Positions 25,752-38,104 of a DNA stretch of 64,000 bases are shown piece by piece. Source of the DNA: Octopus vulgaris (taxonomy: Eukaryota); contig OX597814.1 of the NCBI GenBank assembly GCA_951406725.2, positions 88,598,001 through 88,662,000 of the forward strand, written 5' to 3'. Every line of letters begins with the position of its first letter. Position 1 is the stretch's first letter. The notes under the pieces are model-generated. The model did not search any database. It was not told the DNA's origin and saw only the letters and a list, made by a program, of their open reading frames with translations. The translations under genes and the position numbers were made by a program.

Positions 25752-25861
25752 TTGGCAGTATGGTAAGTAGCTTGCTTACCAACCACATGGTTCTGGGCTC
25801 AGTCCCGCTGTGTGGCACCTTGTGAGTGGATTTGGTAGACGGAAACTGAAACAAGCCTGTC

Positions 25862-25919
<58 letters not shown>

Positions 25920-26273
25920 GGCAGTTTGTCTGTGTGTGTGTCTGTGTGTCTGTCAGGTTGTACCCTCACCCTGACCACGGCTTTCAACCGATTCTGATGA
26001 AACTTGACACACACATAGCCAAATGTCATAATTCAAAACTAACGCAGCAAAAATTTTGAAAAGTTCCCCCAGTTCTGAAAAAAATCGATAAATTCGACAT
26101 GTGGTCGAGAATCAGAAACACAAACCACAGACTGTCTAGGGGACGCAACTCGACCTTTTTAACTCAAAAAAAATTTACCATCATTTTTTTGCTATTTTTT
26201 GGCTATAACTCTCTAAAAATGCTTATATAGTTATTTCCCTTACAAACCCAAGCAACGCCGGGTGATACTGCTA

Positions 26274-26312
<39 letters not shown>

Positions 26313-26333
26313 TATATACATATATATATATAT

Positions 26334-26396
<63 letters not shown>

Positions 26397-26625
26397 TGTG
26401 TGTGTGTGTGTGTGAGTATGTTTGTGTGTCTGTATTTTTCCCCCCACCATCGCTTGACAACCGATGCCGGTGTGTTTACGTCCCCATAACTTAGCAGTTC
26501 AGTAATAAGAGACCGGTAGAATAAGTACTAGGCTTACAAAGAATAAGTCTTGGGGTCGATTTGTTCGTCTAAAGGTGGTGCTCCAGTATGGCCGCAGTCA
26601 AATGACTGAAACAAGCAAAGGAATA
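25752..26625 (+). mobile_element. Family B SINE split by a Helitron in its internal (TA)n
   Basis: 5' half at 25752-25865 and 3' half at about 26420-26625 are collinear with the intact copy at 46221-46680. Confidence 0.8.
25905..26274 (+). mobile_element. Non-autonomous Helitron
   Basis: TATATATATAAACGGCAG 5' end; 3' hairpin CCCAAGCAACGCCGGG then CTAG|T; 5' end shared with 44319-44676. Confidence 0.8.
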
Positions 26626-26857
26626 TAAGAATAAGAAACACTTTTATACGTGCAAGCATGGCTGTGCGGTTAAGAAGATCGCCTTGAAACCATATAGTTT
26701 TGGGGTTCTGTACCACTTCGTGGATCTTTAGGTAGCCGTCTTCGACTATAACCACGGGCAGACCAATCACTTGTGAGTGAATTTTGTAGACGAAAACTGT
26801 GTGGAAGCCCGCCGTGTATATATACATATGTGTGTATGTATGTATGTATGTATGTAT

Positions 26858-26939
<82 letters not shown>

Positions 26940-27239
26940 ATATATAAAATTTGTGGTGTAATATATGATTTCATAGAATCGTGTGGCTTTCACAGAAAAC
27001 TCTTCAGTCAGATTCGGCTAGCAGGCTTCATAGTGAACGAATACGGAGAAGTATAATGCAGAATTCTATATAACTGAATCCCAGAATATTCGACCGATAT
27101 AAACATAATTTATTATGCACTAAAATTACTATTTCATGAAAGCTGCGAAACACTCCTAAACTTGAAAATGATAAGTTGTTAGATAAATATATTCACTTGC
27201 ACCTCCTGACTTTTTATGATTTAAATACCTACATGCATG

Positions 27240-27282
<43 letters not shown>

Positions 27283-27532
27283 GGGATCGTGGGTAAGGCC
27301 AAAACAATGCGAGGTAAATGCAGAGTAAATCACAAGAAACCAAATTTATGAATCAATGTAGACATATATATATACATGCACGCACACATGCACACACATA
27401 CATATGCGTGTGTGTGTGTGTGTTCGTGTTCGTGTTTGTTCTCTCCACCGCTTGGAAACCGGTGTTGGTTTGTTCACATCCCCATAACTTTGCGGTTCGG
27501 CAAAAGTGACAGCAGAATAAATACCAGATTTG

Positions 27533-27574
<42 letters not shown>

Positions 27575-28509
27575 TATATATATACGAAAAAATAAAGATG
27601 AAAAAAGACAAAATTAAATAAATAGAAATAATAAGCACTGTGATTTCGATTTGTTTAACTAAACCCTTAAAGTTAGTGCTTCAGCATGGCCGTAGTTCAA
27701 CGACTAGAACAAGCAAAATATAAAAGATATTGTTAATATGTTACTGTAGTTGTTGATGGTATTTTTGTTGTTTAGCCCAAGATTAGCCCTGACGCGGTAA
27801 TGTCCAGTTTATATATATTCTTTTCAAACTCCATTACCGAATTTATACTCCGTCTCCTTTTACTCTTTCCTGCTTTTTTTTCTTTTTTTTTTTTAAGACT
27901 GTAGGATATGATTTGGAAGAGATTTGACTGCTATTTGTTGAAAACTAAGCGATCACGTAGAGTTTCTTGCTGGCAATGCCAGCATGGGTTTATAACACTG
28001 GAAAGGCACTCTGATGAAGATAGAAGGTTCCTTGTTTCAAGTAAGTTTCTCCCTTTTGCCATAATAACTACATTTTATTTCTTAAAAAAATGTTCTTTGT
28101 TTGTTTTATCAATATTCACATATTATCCTGCTTCCAGCTTCAGTGTTGCTGCCAGGATTTGAAAAAGGAGCACATTCCACCCCACCTAATTTTGTAATTT
28201 AGGAGGAAATTTTGAAAAATAAGGGGGAATTCGCGGCGGTGTTCAGCGAACAAACTAAACGCACTACCCGGCAATGGCTAAAACGCAAACCAATCAAGTT
28301 TATGTATAAATTTTCTTTTTATATGTTTGTTTCCATTTGCACAATATTAAAACAACGGCTAAAAATTTCCTGAAGCAGCACCCCCACTAATTTTATCTAC
28401 GTGCCGCTACTGCTCTTGACTCCTTGCTGTGCATTTATTTGATCTTCAGAAGAAGTGGTTGGTGAAATGCCAATCTTGAAATCTCCAATTTGATTTTTGT
28501 GCCTATCCT

Positions 28510-28745
28510 CATGTATAGTTATGAATGTTGAATAATGATCGAAAGAGTACAATTGCGAATACAAACGGTCGAACTGGGGTTCCCCCAGAAGATCTCTGGA
28601 CTAACGTTAATCGACAGGGTGCGTCGTGCAGACATCAGGCAGTCTCTCCAGGTCGAGCTGCCACTTCTCCGCATTGAGAGGTTAAAGCTCCGGTATTAGG
28701 GACATGCGTTTAGAATGTCGTAGAAAAGAATCACGAGACGGTATT
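28510..28745 (+). mobile_element. RTE-clade LINE fragment (Rex3/Expander-like C-terminus)
   Basis: Translates ERVQLRIQTVELGF..KISGLTLIDRVRRADIRQSLQVELPLLRIER..GHAFRM; homologous to 63040-63520. Confidence 0.8.
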
Positions 28746-29108
28746 GGTTTGTTTGCGTCTTTGTAAAGGAACTGTTCAGCGAAAGAGACCGATAGAATAA
28801 GGACACCAGATTGCAATAAGTACTATGGTCGATTTGTTGGACTATGCCCTTTGTGGAAGAGTCTCAGCTTGAGACTGAAAATGAAACAAGAAATATATTA
28901 AAAAGTTGCAGATAAAAATTGATGTTGTTTAGCCCAGGGTCAAACTTGTTTGAGCGGACCTACGATTATGCACATTCTAACCACGAGTATTCCAACTTGC
29001 TTTTATTTAAAACTAGATTTAGTTGTTATTTCTTGTAAGACAAGAGACTCATAGAGGCTCCCCATTTTATCCCGAGATCAAAACTAGGTCACTTACGATC
29101 CTCAGATA

Positions 29109-29180
29109 CGGGATTCATCTCAGTAAAAAAGCATTCGACTGTAGATCTAAGAATTCTCGTTTAAATCCTGAATCTTTACT
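29109..29180 (+). pseudogene. Decayed tRNA-Cys-like pseudogene (anticodon position GTA)
   Basis: GGGATTCATCTCAGT..AAGCATTCGACTGTAGATC aligns with the tRNA-Cys at 25543; D loop and T arm corrupted. Confidence 0.65.
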
Positions 29181-29279
29181 ATATTTCGAACCACTCAAAC
29201 ATTTTTAAAACACAATCATCAAGTTAACTATGGTTCAAGGAACTCTCTTATCCTGACACTCGGTTGTATACGCTCTTGG

Positions 29280-29345
29280 ACAGAACACGGTCGAATAGCA
29301 GTCAATTGTAAATTGAGAAGTTCCAAGTTCAATCCATGTTGTTAC
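29280..29345 (+). pseudogene. Second decayed tRNA-Cys-like fragment
   Basis: AGCAGTCAATTGTAAATTGAGAAGTTCCAAGTTCAATCC aligns with AGCATTCGACTGCAGATCGAGAGGTCCCCAGTTCAATCC. Confidence 0.5.
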
Positions 29346-30122
29346 ATTCATTATAATATTTATTTCTTTGGCTCTTTGTGGTTATCGCCACTGTCTGCAA
29401 TTTTATTCCAATTGTTTTCAAATTTGGCATATGGATCAAGTTTTGTATACTAATTATGAAAATGAAATTCATTTTCCCCTGAATTCATAAATAAAAAGTT
29501 ATTAACCTTTAAAATTGAAGCGAGTATTTTATGCATCACCGTGAAGTTCTGTTAGCATAGTAAGCAAAGAAGCACCACATATTCCATAGCTTTGCATACG
29601 ACACTCGGTTCTTCCAGGAACCACTACCTTCAGTGACCCGTGGCTAGCTTATAATCATATCCCAGAAATCGTGGGCTATGATTTCAAACATAAAACTGTG
29701 AGCCATAGCATTTGAGAGTACATGGGCATCTTTAAAGCGTGGAAACAAACGCCGGTGTGGGACACACCGTTCCATGGTTGACTCTTATCTTTGTGAATTT
29801 ATGTGGAGAAAGGGATATGAGAGAAAGATAATTTATTTTATAAAATCCTAGAGTGTATTGAAAACTTTCCTTCTTCGAAATTTTTTAACTAATAAATATC
29901 CGTTCTAGGCAATGTTCTGATTGTTATTTCTAGCAACTCCTGTTGGTTTGCTAGTAGCTTATAAATATTTAATTTGCTCGTTAACTGTTGCAATGCTTTT
30001 CACTGTTTTCACAGTTTACTTTGCTCGTGTATATTTTAATGTTTTGACTGTTATAAAAAAAGATAAAATGAATTAGAAAACGTATGTGGACATTACATGG
30101 TAGAAGAACCATTTATACCATC

Positions 30123-30171
<49 letters not shown>

Positions 30172-30310
30172 ACACACACACCGTTACACACACTGTTAAA
30201 CTCACTAGTTATTCATTTTTGAGGTGACATCTTCGTCGCATTACCATGATATTACAATGGAAGGCAAGGTTTACAATATCGGGTGAATATCGCCTTCTCC
30301 CATTAAATAT

Positions 30311-30727
30311 TGTTCTTCGTGTAGTTCAGGCTCCAGAACTCTTTAAGTACAAATGCAATTTATAACCGGTTTATTTACAAGTTTCACAGAATAGGTGAAG
30401 TGTGTTGTTCTCAGCATGCCATTTCAAGCTGTGTGCGTTTCGTTGTATCGCCGTTAACGTGGGACCCATTGCCTCTGGAGATACAACATGCAGACAGGAC
30501 TAGCTGGGAGATCCAGCCAGTGAAGTGTGCTCAGCAAGCGCTTGTGGTGAAAATAGAATAAATCTGTTTTTGTTGGGCCTTTATATCCAGTTTGCCATCG
30601 CGTGCCTCGTTGTGATCTCGCGTATGGCAAATAGATGCAGGTGAGGTCTCGCTCCAGTCTCGGAGATGGCAATGGCTGCCGCGAGATCTCATCCAATATG
30701 GCGCTGACTGCTTGTGCCGCTACAACA
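30311..30727 (-). mobile_element. Possible solo LTR
   Basis: TGTT..AACA (or TGTAG..CTACA) termini; minus-strand TATAAA followed by AATAAA; GC-rich U3-like part; TSD only 3/4 match. Confidence 0.4.
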
Positions 30728-31222
30728 TTATCAGCGACACAGTACTACAGTGACCGTTTGAAATTTGATAGCAAATTGTTATAGGCCTAATAGTTGTCTA
30801 TTCTTGCTGAACTTATGGTCATACGGGTACGTTGTATACGAGTTAATTGATTTAGACCACTTGACATTGGAAGTCATTAGACGCTACTAGGTTCTGTTCT
30901 CTTCCTCCCCGCCACCTCCACTTATTTTTTCTTTTCCTCTCATTCATTTTTCGTTTCCGCTTCACATGTCATGATCATTAGCTTAAATTTATTTATGAAT
31001 ACTTCGTTCACAATGTATAAATGAAAGGATTTGGGGTACATTTTGTGAAACAGATATTTGCAACATAGATTAAATTGTATTTTAACCGCATGAAATAAAA
31101 AGAGATGGAGTAGGGCGAGGGCCAAAGCCAATCGATAAAAATCTCACTTAAGCGTGTCGATCCGTATAAATTCACAATTTTCTTTATACACATACGCGTA
31201 TACATACACCGCCATATGAGTA

Positions 31223-31660
31223 CAGGGTGGGCTAAAAGTAGGTATACACTTTTTAAATTAACTTGTTTATTTTTTTACAGGTACCATAAATAATGGCAAA
31301 TAATTTGAGTCAAGAGCAAAGAAAGTGGATTCCAAAGCATTATTGGAAAACTAGAAATGCCGACCAGGTGCGTACAGCACAGAGAGAAGCATTTGGCACT
31401 TCACCAACACGACTGACAATTTATCGTATAAGAGAAAAACTTTTTTGAAGGATTCAGTGGTTAATGCACCGAAATCTGGACGTCCTAGGATGTCAATGAG
31501 TGAAGAAAATGAGATGAGAGTCGCTTTAACAATTGTAAATAGCTCCAAAAATCCTCACACCGTTCATCTCAGGAGCTATCCTTACCGTGAACATAATAAA
31601 TAAATGTAAATGTAATAAAAAATAAAAATAAAAGTGCATTCCTACTTTTGGCCCACCCTG
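31223..31660 (+). mobile_element. Internally deleted Tc1/mariner element retaining the N-terminal HTH coding region
   Basis: TA|CAGGGTGGGCTAAAAGTAGG...CCTACTTTTGGCCCACCCTG|TA; ATG at 31293 gives MANNLSQEQRKWI...PTRLTIYRIREK, frameshift, then SVVNAPKSGRPR. Confidence 0.9.
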
Positions 31661-33087
31661 TATATACAAAAACATACGTACATTTCTACATGTACATACA
31701 GGCAGATAGGCGCGCATACATATTTAAAAATAAAAAGTTGACTGTGAGTTCGAAGTTTCACCTCAGTTGCCGTCAGCACACTAAAATTATTTTGCTTTCC
31801 AAACCTTTTATGTGTTTCTTGGAGTGGGGAGCATAGTGGTTGTAAAGTAAGTGATAGCATAATTTAGTGACGAATAAAGAAACAGCTTTATAGATTGGAT
31901 TGTTTAAATGCGTGATCATAAATAGCTGTGAGAAAAAAAAGGTAGGGTGTGTTCTAATTGGGTAGGTGTCAATAGCTTTGTTCAAGTTATGTAGTTGCTG
32001 CATACTTTTAATAGTTTTGTATGAGAAAAAGGATAAAAAAACAAGTTATGTAATTTGCACTGAAAGGTTGTACTTAAGCATATCATCGACTGAGCGATGG
32101 GGTTTATATTTTAAATATAGGTTTTGAAATTGAAGTGAGTCCAATAATTATTGTTTATATAGCACCGTTAGCGGATGAACATGAGTACAGCTACAAATTA
32201 TATATACAGCTTGGCAAATTTTTGTACAGATCTCTCTCTCTCTCTTTCCTCTCTCTCTCTCACTTTCTCTCCCTCCCCCCTCTTTCTCTCTATATATATA
32301 TATGTTGGATCTTGCAGGCATGAAGTGGATTCGATCCACCATAGTCAAATTTAAATTAACAGTTCAACAGAACTTTTCTCACGGTGGAATAATGGGTTTT
32401 CTCTGACAGCAGTTTTACATTTACCAGATTGCCTTTAGCTAGGCCGAAATAATGTCTTCCCCACTTGACCCTTATAACCTCTTCTACTTCACCAAAAGCT
32501 AGAATAGAGATATCACAGTGCCACCAACGAAGCCCATTGTTCTCAACAATATGTCTCTCCTTCTGGATAGTTATAAAAGCATAAACCCCAAACAAAAAGA
32601 TAGTTCAGTCACTTGGTGACGACTCAGTCAGTTAGTCATTCGGTGACAACTCAGTGAGGACGAAGTCTGGCTGACAAGCTCGAACCTTTTTCAGAGGGAG
32701 AAATGAAGTATACAGTCAGCAACTGTGAGACAACGTCCCACAACCCTACAACTCTCACTAGCTCTAATTCTGTTCTCTTACATCATTTTATCGCTCTCTG
32801 TAATTACTACTAAACAATGAAGAGAACACAAACACAAACTTTACTTCGCATGCTTTACGATTTTTATCATAACCTGCCCGTCGAGGCAAGGTATTGTAGC
32901 GTAACGGTGAATAAATATTTCCTTAAAATTTTATGCATTGTTCATCTTTCACACCCTACAATACGCTGTTATAACAACAATGTTTTATCGTTACAACTGC
33001 TGACTCCAACATTTACAGTTCATAATATTGTGTACTAATCAACCTCAACCGTTACAATTGGTAACTACACTAATTAAAACCTAACCG

Positions 33088-33219
<132 letters not shown>

Positions 33220-33458
33220 TAATGTATGCGTTTCACTCCATATGTATTACACGCGCTACGAATAGTTTCACGTATATGACAAGTACGTTCATCAGGCGCT
33301 GTTTCATAGAATAATTAGCCCCCCTGATGAACGTCCGTGTCATGTACATGAAACTATTAGTAGCGCGTGTAATACATGTGGAGTGAAACGCATACATTAA
33401 TATCGGACTCTCATTAGATAGAGTACTGTTCTTGTTGACCTTTTTATGCAGATCAATT

Positions 33459-33461
<3 letters not shown>
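33220..33461. mobile_element. Penelope-like pLTR with inverted partial duplicate
   Basis: About 77-bp inverted arms at 33220-33296 and 33323-33399, each with a hammerhead core; lies between (TG)n and (TA)n. Confidence 0.7.
33253..33299 (-). ncRNA. Minimal type I hammerhead ribozyme
   Basis: Minus strand: GCGC-CTGATGA-ACGTA-cttgtcata-TACGT-GAAA-C-tattc-G-TA-GCGC; canonical core with perfect stems I and II. Confidence 0.8.
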
Positions 33462-33494
<33 letters not shown>

Positions 33495-33739
33495 CTTTTC
33501 TACTCAAGGCACAAGGTCTGAAATCTTTGGGGAAGAGGCCAGTCGATTAGATCGAACCCAGTACGCAACTGGTACTTAATTTATCGACCCCGAAAGGATG
33601 AAAGGCAAAGTCGACCTGGGTGAAATTTGAACTCAGAACATAAAGACAGACGAAATACCTCTAAGCATTTCGGCCGGCGTGCTAACGTGTCTGCCAGCTC
33701 GCCTTACATACATACATACATAATACATGCATACATAGA

Positions 33740-33775
<36 letters not shown>

Positions 33776-33852
33776 TATGTGTATGTGTGTGTGTGTGTGT
33801 GTGTGCGTGTGTATATATAAATACATACCTACATATATATATATATACATGC

Positions 33853-34040
33853 ATATATGGGTACAGGATGTCACCAACGGTGCAAATAACATGAAATACG
33901 TAAATAAACGTGTTAAATACGTAAACAACGAGAAAAATGGAAAACAGGACAAGTAAATACAGAGAAAGGACCCTTCATCAGCTGTCTATCTACTCCTTAT
34001 TTCGAGCATTCAACAACAAGAAACGGTGGAGAGTAAACTC
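33853..34040. repeat. Interspersed repeat associated with (TA)n; inverted copy at about 59500-59685
   Basis: ATATGGGTACAGGA(T/C)GTCACCAAC...GGAAAACAGGAC...CTTCATCAG shared between the two copies. Confidence 0.7.
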
Positions 34041-34409
34041 ACATGCACACACACACGTGCGTGTTTGTGTTTTATATATATGTAAATACACGACGGGCAT
34101 CTTTCAGTTTCCGTCTTCCAAAACCACTCGCAATCCTCTGGCCGACCAGGTCACCATGGTAGACATCACTTGCCTACGGTACCACGCTGAGAGACTGAAC
34201 CCAAGACCACAAGCCTGGCAAGCAAACTTTTTATCCATACACCTACCGGAAAATAAAATACTGAATGTTTCTGCCCGTTTTGATATTAGTACATTAGTAG
34301 CACATCTCTCTTCACCCTTACATAACATATTCATTTCAGTAGTTTCCAGCACAATAGATTCTCTCTCTTAATAACTAATGACTTCGACTAGGTTTTCTAT
34401 TAGTGAGTA

Positions 34410-34905
34410 CAGTGATCCCTCGCTACTTCGCGGTTCAACTATCGCGGATTCACGACTTCGCGGATTTTAAAAATATGTATATATGAATGCCTAAAATGTT
34501 TCATTAAATCCTTTAAAATATTAATAATAAATATTATTTCCTAGTCTAGGAACAACAAAACAAGTGCAAAATAGCAAAAAAGCATATACAGGTGTATTTG
34601 AACTTAAGACGGGCTGTGATTGGTGCAATGGAGAGAGACGACGAATCACAGCTTTCTATTTTGTAATCTGGCCTGTGTAACAGTAACAATCTTTATTTTT
34701 TAAATCTTAAGTGTTATTGCTTAACAGTTGTCCTTGTTATTAATAGACTACTGTTATGGGTGGGTTGTTAACAGTACAGGAAGGGTTTTAAAAGTCCAAA
34801 TACACGTTAAATAAGTACTGTAAATATGGTGTCCCTACTTCGCGGAAATTCAATTATCGCGGCCGGTCTCGAAACCAATCTACCGCGATAAACGAGGGAT
34901 CACTG
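34410..34905. mobile_element. Pogo/Tigger-like MITE
   Basis: TA|CAGTGATCCCTCG...CGAGGGATCACTG|TA. Confidence 0.9.
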
Positions 34906-35797
34906 TATACAGTATTCACTAGAATACCGTTGGCAGTTACATTTTCTATCCATAACTTATGTCCCCCTATAAATATGTTATATTGGAGTGTTTAGGAGGT
35001 TAGTTAAATAACATGTGCACTATCATGGATGGAATTTGCTACGTACTGAGTTCATATAATGTGCTCATCAGCCGTAGGTGAGGGATTTTTTTGACGACAG
35101 ATATAGACAAGTTTAGACGACAAATTTAGAAGAAAAGGGAATATAACAGTTTTTGTATATTCTTTTAGATGGTTAAAATGGTTAGTCAACGATGCAATTG
35201 ATACAGTTCCGACACACAATCTCAAGTAAAATAACTTAAAATTACAACTAACATCACCGTTGCAGGTTCTTCATATTTAAAACCAAGCCCTTAAGTTCGC
35301 ATGACAGAATAAGTGATATTAAGGAGATTCGAAGTGGTCGGTTCACTTGCGAGAAATAGAACGCACATATTATCGTAAAATCCATCATAAGGAAAATAAA
35401 ATGTCAAACTAAATTTTAAAAAGCTTTTCTGCACACATCCGTATTTACGATATAATAGATCATAAAATGAAATGTATTAGAAAGAAAATGTCATAGTTCA
35501 AGTATTTTGTTTTTACACATAAGATAAGGAAGTAATCGTATTTGGGAAATAATATTTCTTGGCGGGTCAAAACTACACCTATTACACAATATAAAATAAT
35601 CAACTATGTGACTAGCAAAGCTAAGCAAATTATAGTCTATATTGCATCACACAAAAAAAGGCCCCTGAGAAAGTTATAGGTGAGGAAAGGAAGTTTGACA
35701 GAAGTATCTGTCCTCAGACGTGTAATTAAACATTTTGTGTAATATATTTGTAATAAATTAAAATTACTGCTTGGTTTGTGTTAGTTTCTTATTTCAG

Positions 35798-36790
35798 CAA
35801 TGCCTTTAATGAGAAAAACATCTCAAATATCAACCAGAATTGTTAGAAGAAGGCTTGTAAAGTATGGTCTAAAAGGCCATAAAGCCAGGAAGACGCCATG
35901 GGTTTCTGAAGCGAATATGGACAAACGTCTTCAGTGGGCCAAAAACCACTTAAATTGGACCAGTGAGCAATGGTCGAAAGTCACATGGACTGAAGACAGT
36001 AACTATGAGGTAAGATAGTACATGTATTCAATCAACTTATAAACTTAATGTAACTGGTTTGTTGCTTAAAATATATATAAAAAAAGTAACCACATAAAGG
36101 TAGTATTATTTCTATGTTTTTACTCAGGTTTTCAGTACATCTGGTGCAACTTTCGTGCGTCGCAGAGTTGGGGGAGCATTTAAGGCTGAATGTCTGGTAC
36201 CAACCGTAAAACATGGGGGTGATTCTATCATGGTGTGAGTCTGCATGTCTGCCACAGGACCTGGAGAATTGTTTTTATGTCAAGGAATGATGAATTCAGC
36301 TACCTCCGTTTCTATGTTATCGGATGTTTTAGAGTCATCAGTTGCTAAATTGCATTCAGAAGTATCGAAAAACAGTGTTATTTTTCAACAGAACAATTCT
36401 CCATGTCACACAGTAAAGGGCACTCGTCAATGGCTTGAGATACAGAGTATTGTTCCCATGGACTGGCCAGCTCAAAGTCCCAATCTAATTGAACACCTAT
36501 GGACAGCACTTGGTGAAGCTTCCAGGGACACAATTAAAAATAAAGAGCATTTGTACCAAAAGTTGATAGAAGAATGGAATAAAATTGTGCCTAGCACCTG
36601 CAATTAACTAGTTGATTCAATGCCTAATTGTATAAAAGCGGTAACTGATGCTAAAGGAGTGTCAACTAGATATTAAAACTATTGTATGTTGTGAAATAAA
36701 CCATAATCTACCATGTGCACGAGTTTCATTAACATTGAGATTGCAGAACCCCAAAACATTGGGGTGGCCTAATACTTTTGGCCAAGGCTG
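35798..36790 (+). mobile_element. Decayed Tc1-family transposon; transposase split by an intron at 36010-36127; right TIR present
   Basis: RIVRRRL..GLKG..ARKTP..KRLQWAK.H..WT.EQWSKV.WTEDSNYE|VF..PTVKHGG.SIMV*..FQQNNSPCH..WPAQSPNL.IEHLW; right end AATACTTTTGGCCAAGGCTG|TA; left TIR not found. Confidence 0.9.
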
Positions 36791-38031
36791 TATTCCTCTT
36801 ACATATTCACACTCTTATTGCAGCGGTCCTTCAGTTTTTCTAAGTCCTGTAAAAGAACTCGGAAGGCTGGGCCTCCAACTTTTGCGACACCCTTAGAAGC
36901 CAGGAATTTTTCAGCGCCTCATCGTGCATACATACATACATACATACATACATACATACATACATACATACATACATACATACATACATACATACATACA
37001 CACACACACAATGGGATTCCACATAGTTTCAGTCAAGGAAATTCGCTCACAAGACATTGGTTAACCTGGGGTTATAATAGAAGACATTTTCCCAAGGTGT
37101 CACACAATGGGACTGAGCCCGAAACCACGTTGTTTCAAGGTGAGTTTCTTAACCACACAGCCATGTCTGCACCTGTAAGAGAGAAAAATGAACTGATGGA
37201 CATAAAATGCATTTGTGTCAGCTCACACGCACGGTAAATAAATGCCTCGACATAATAGTCTCGGGCCCTGAGATACATAAGGCTGTTTACCTAGTTTTTG
37301 CGACATCACTGGCTCGGGATCGAAATTTATTTAGGAGGAGCAAGCCCAGGTCCTATTTTTTTTTTTTACGAGCAAGCTCTTTTTTCATTTATCTTTGTTT
37401 TTTTGTTCATTGTGAAGAAACCTAACTTATTTACAGATCATATTTACGCACTGTTTTCTAAACTTAACAAAAGTAAGTAGGGGTGCAAATTTTGGTTTTG
37501 CACTCCTCCCAAAATTCTAGGAGTTGCGCTTGCATTCTCTGCACCCCCTGTTCCCGGGAAAGAAATTTTAGGTGCGCTTCCACCCTCTGCAACTCTGTTC
37601 CTTAGCAAGAAATGTTAGGTGGTGTGCTTGCACCTCCTGTTTTCGGGCCCATGTATGGCGTATAAATAACCGAGATTACCACACCCTCACCTCCTTGAAC
37701 ATGATGCCAGTCCGTCGTTGGGTTCTCATTTACAGTTGAATGGTAATCGATACCACGCTCTTAAGATCGTGAGTGCAACACCTCAATCACTGGTTCACGT
37801 GCATTCAGCAAACGGATCACATTGAGGTTTATTTAAGAAAAAAAACAACAATAACTACTCAGAAGCCAACACAGTCATAATGTCTGAAAGAATAATAGGA
37901 AGTGGGTGGAATGAAAACAGGACAAGCAATGTGAAAAAATATGTAGTCAATAGAAATATTTCAAGTTAACCGACGGCCTACTTATAGTTAGTTAATAAAT
38001 ATCTATAGAAAACACTCGGTCTTCGGCATCT

Positions 38032-38104
38032 GCCTCCATAGCTCAGTGGTTAGAGCACTGGTCTTGTAAACCAGGGGTCGTGAGTTCGATCCTCACTGGG
38101 GGCT
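38032..38104 (+). tRNA. tRNA-Thr (TGT)
   Basis: GCCTCCATAGCTCAGTGGTTAGAGCACTGGTCT-TGT-AAACCAGGGGTCGTGAGTTCGATCCTCACTGGGGGCT; 73 nt; oligo-T terminator near 38118. Confidence 0.97.

Noticed and set aside
30640-30705. 7SK-like GGATG..GATC start on the minus strand
   Set aside because: No 7SK 3' hairpin or terminator; the context fits an LTR better
32315-32345. T-arm-like hairpin GTGGATTCGATCCAC
   Set aside because: No D arm or anticodon arm nearby
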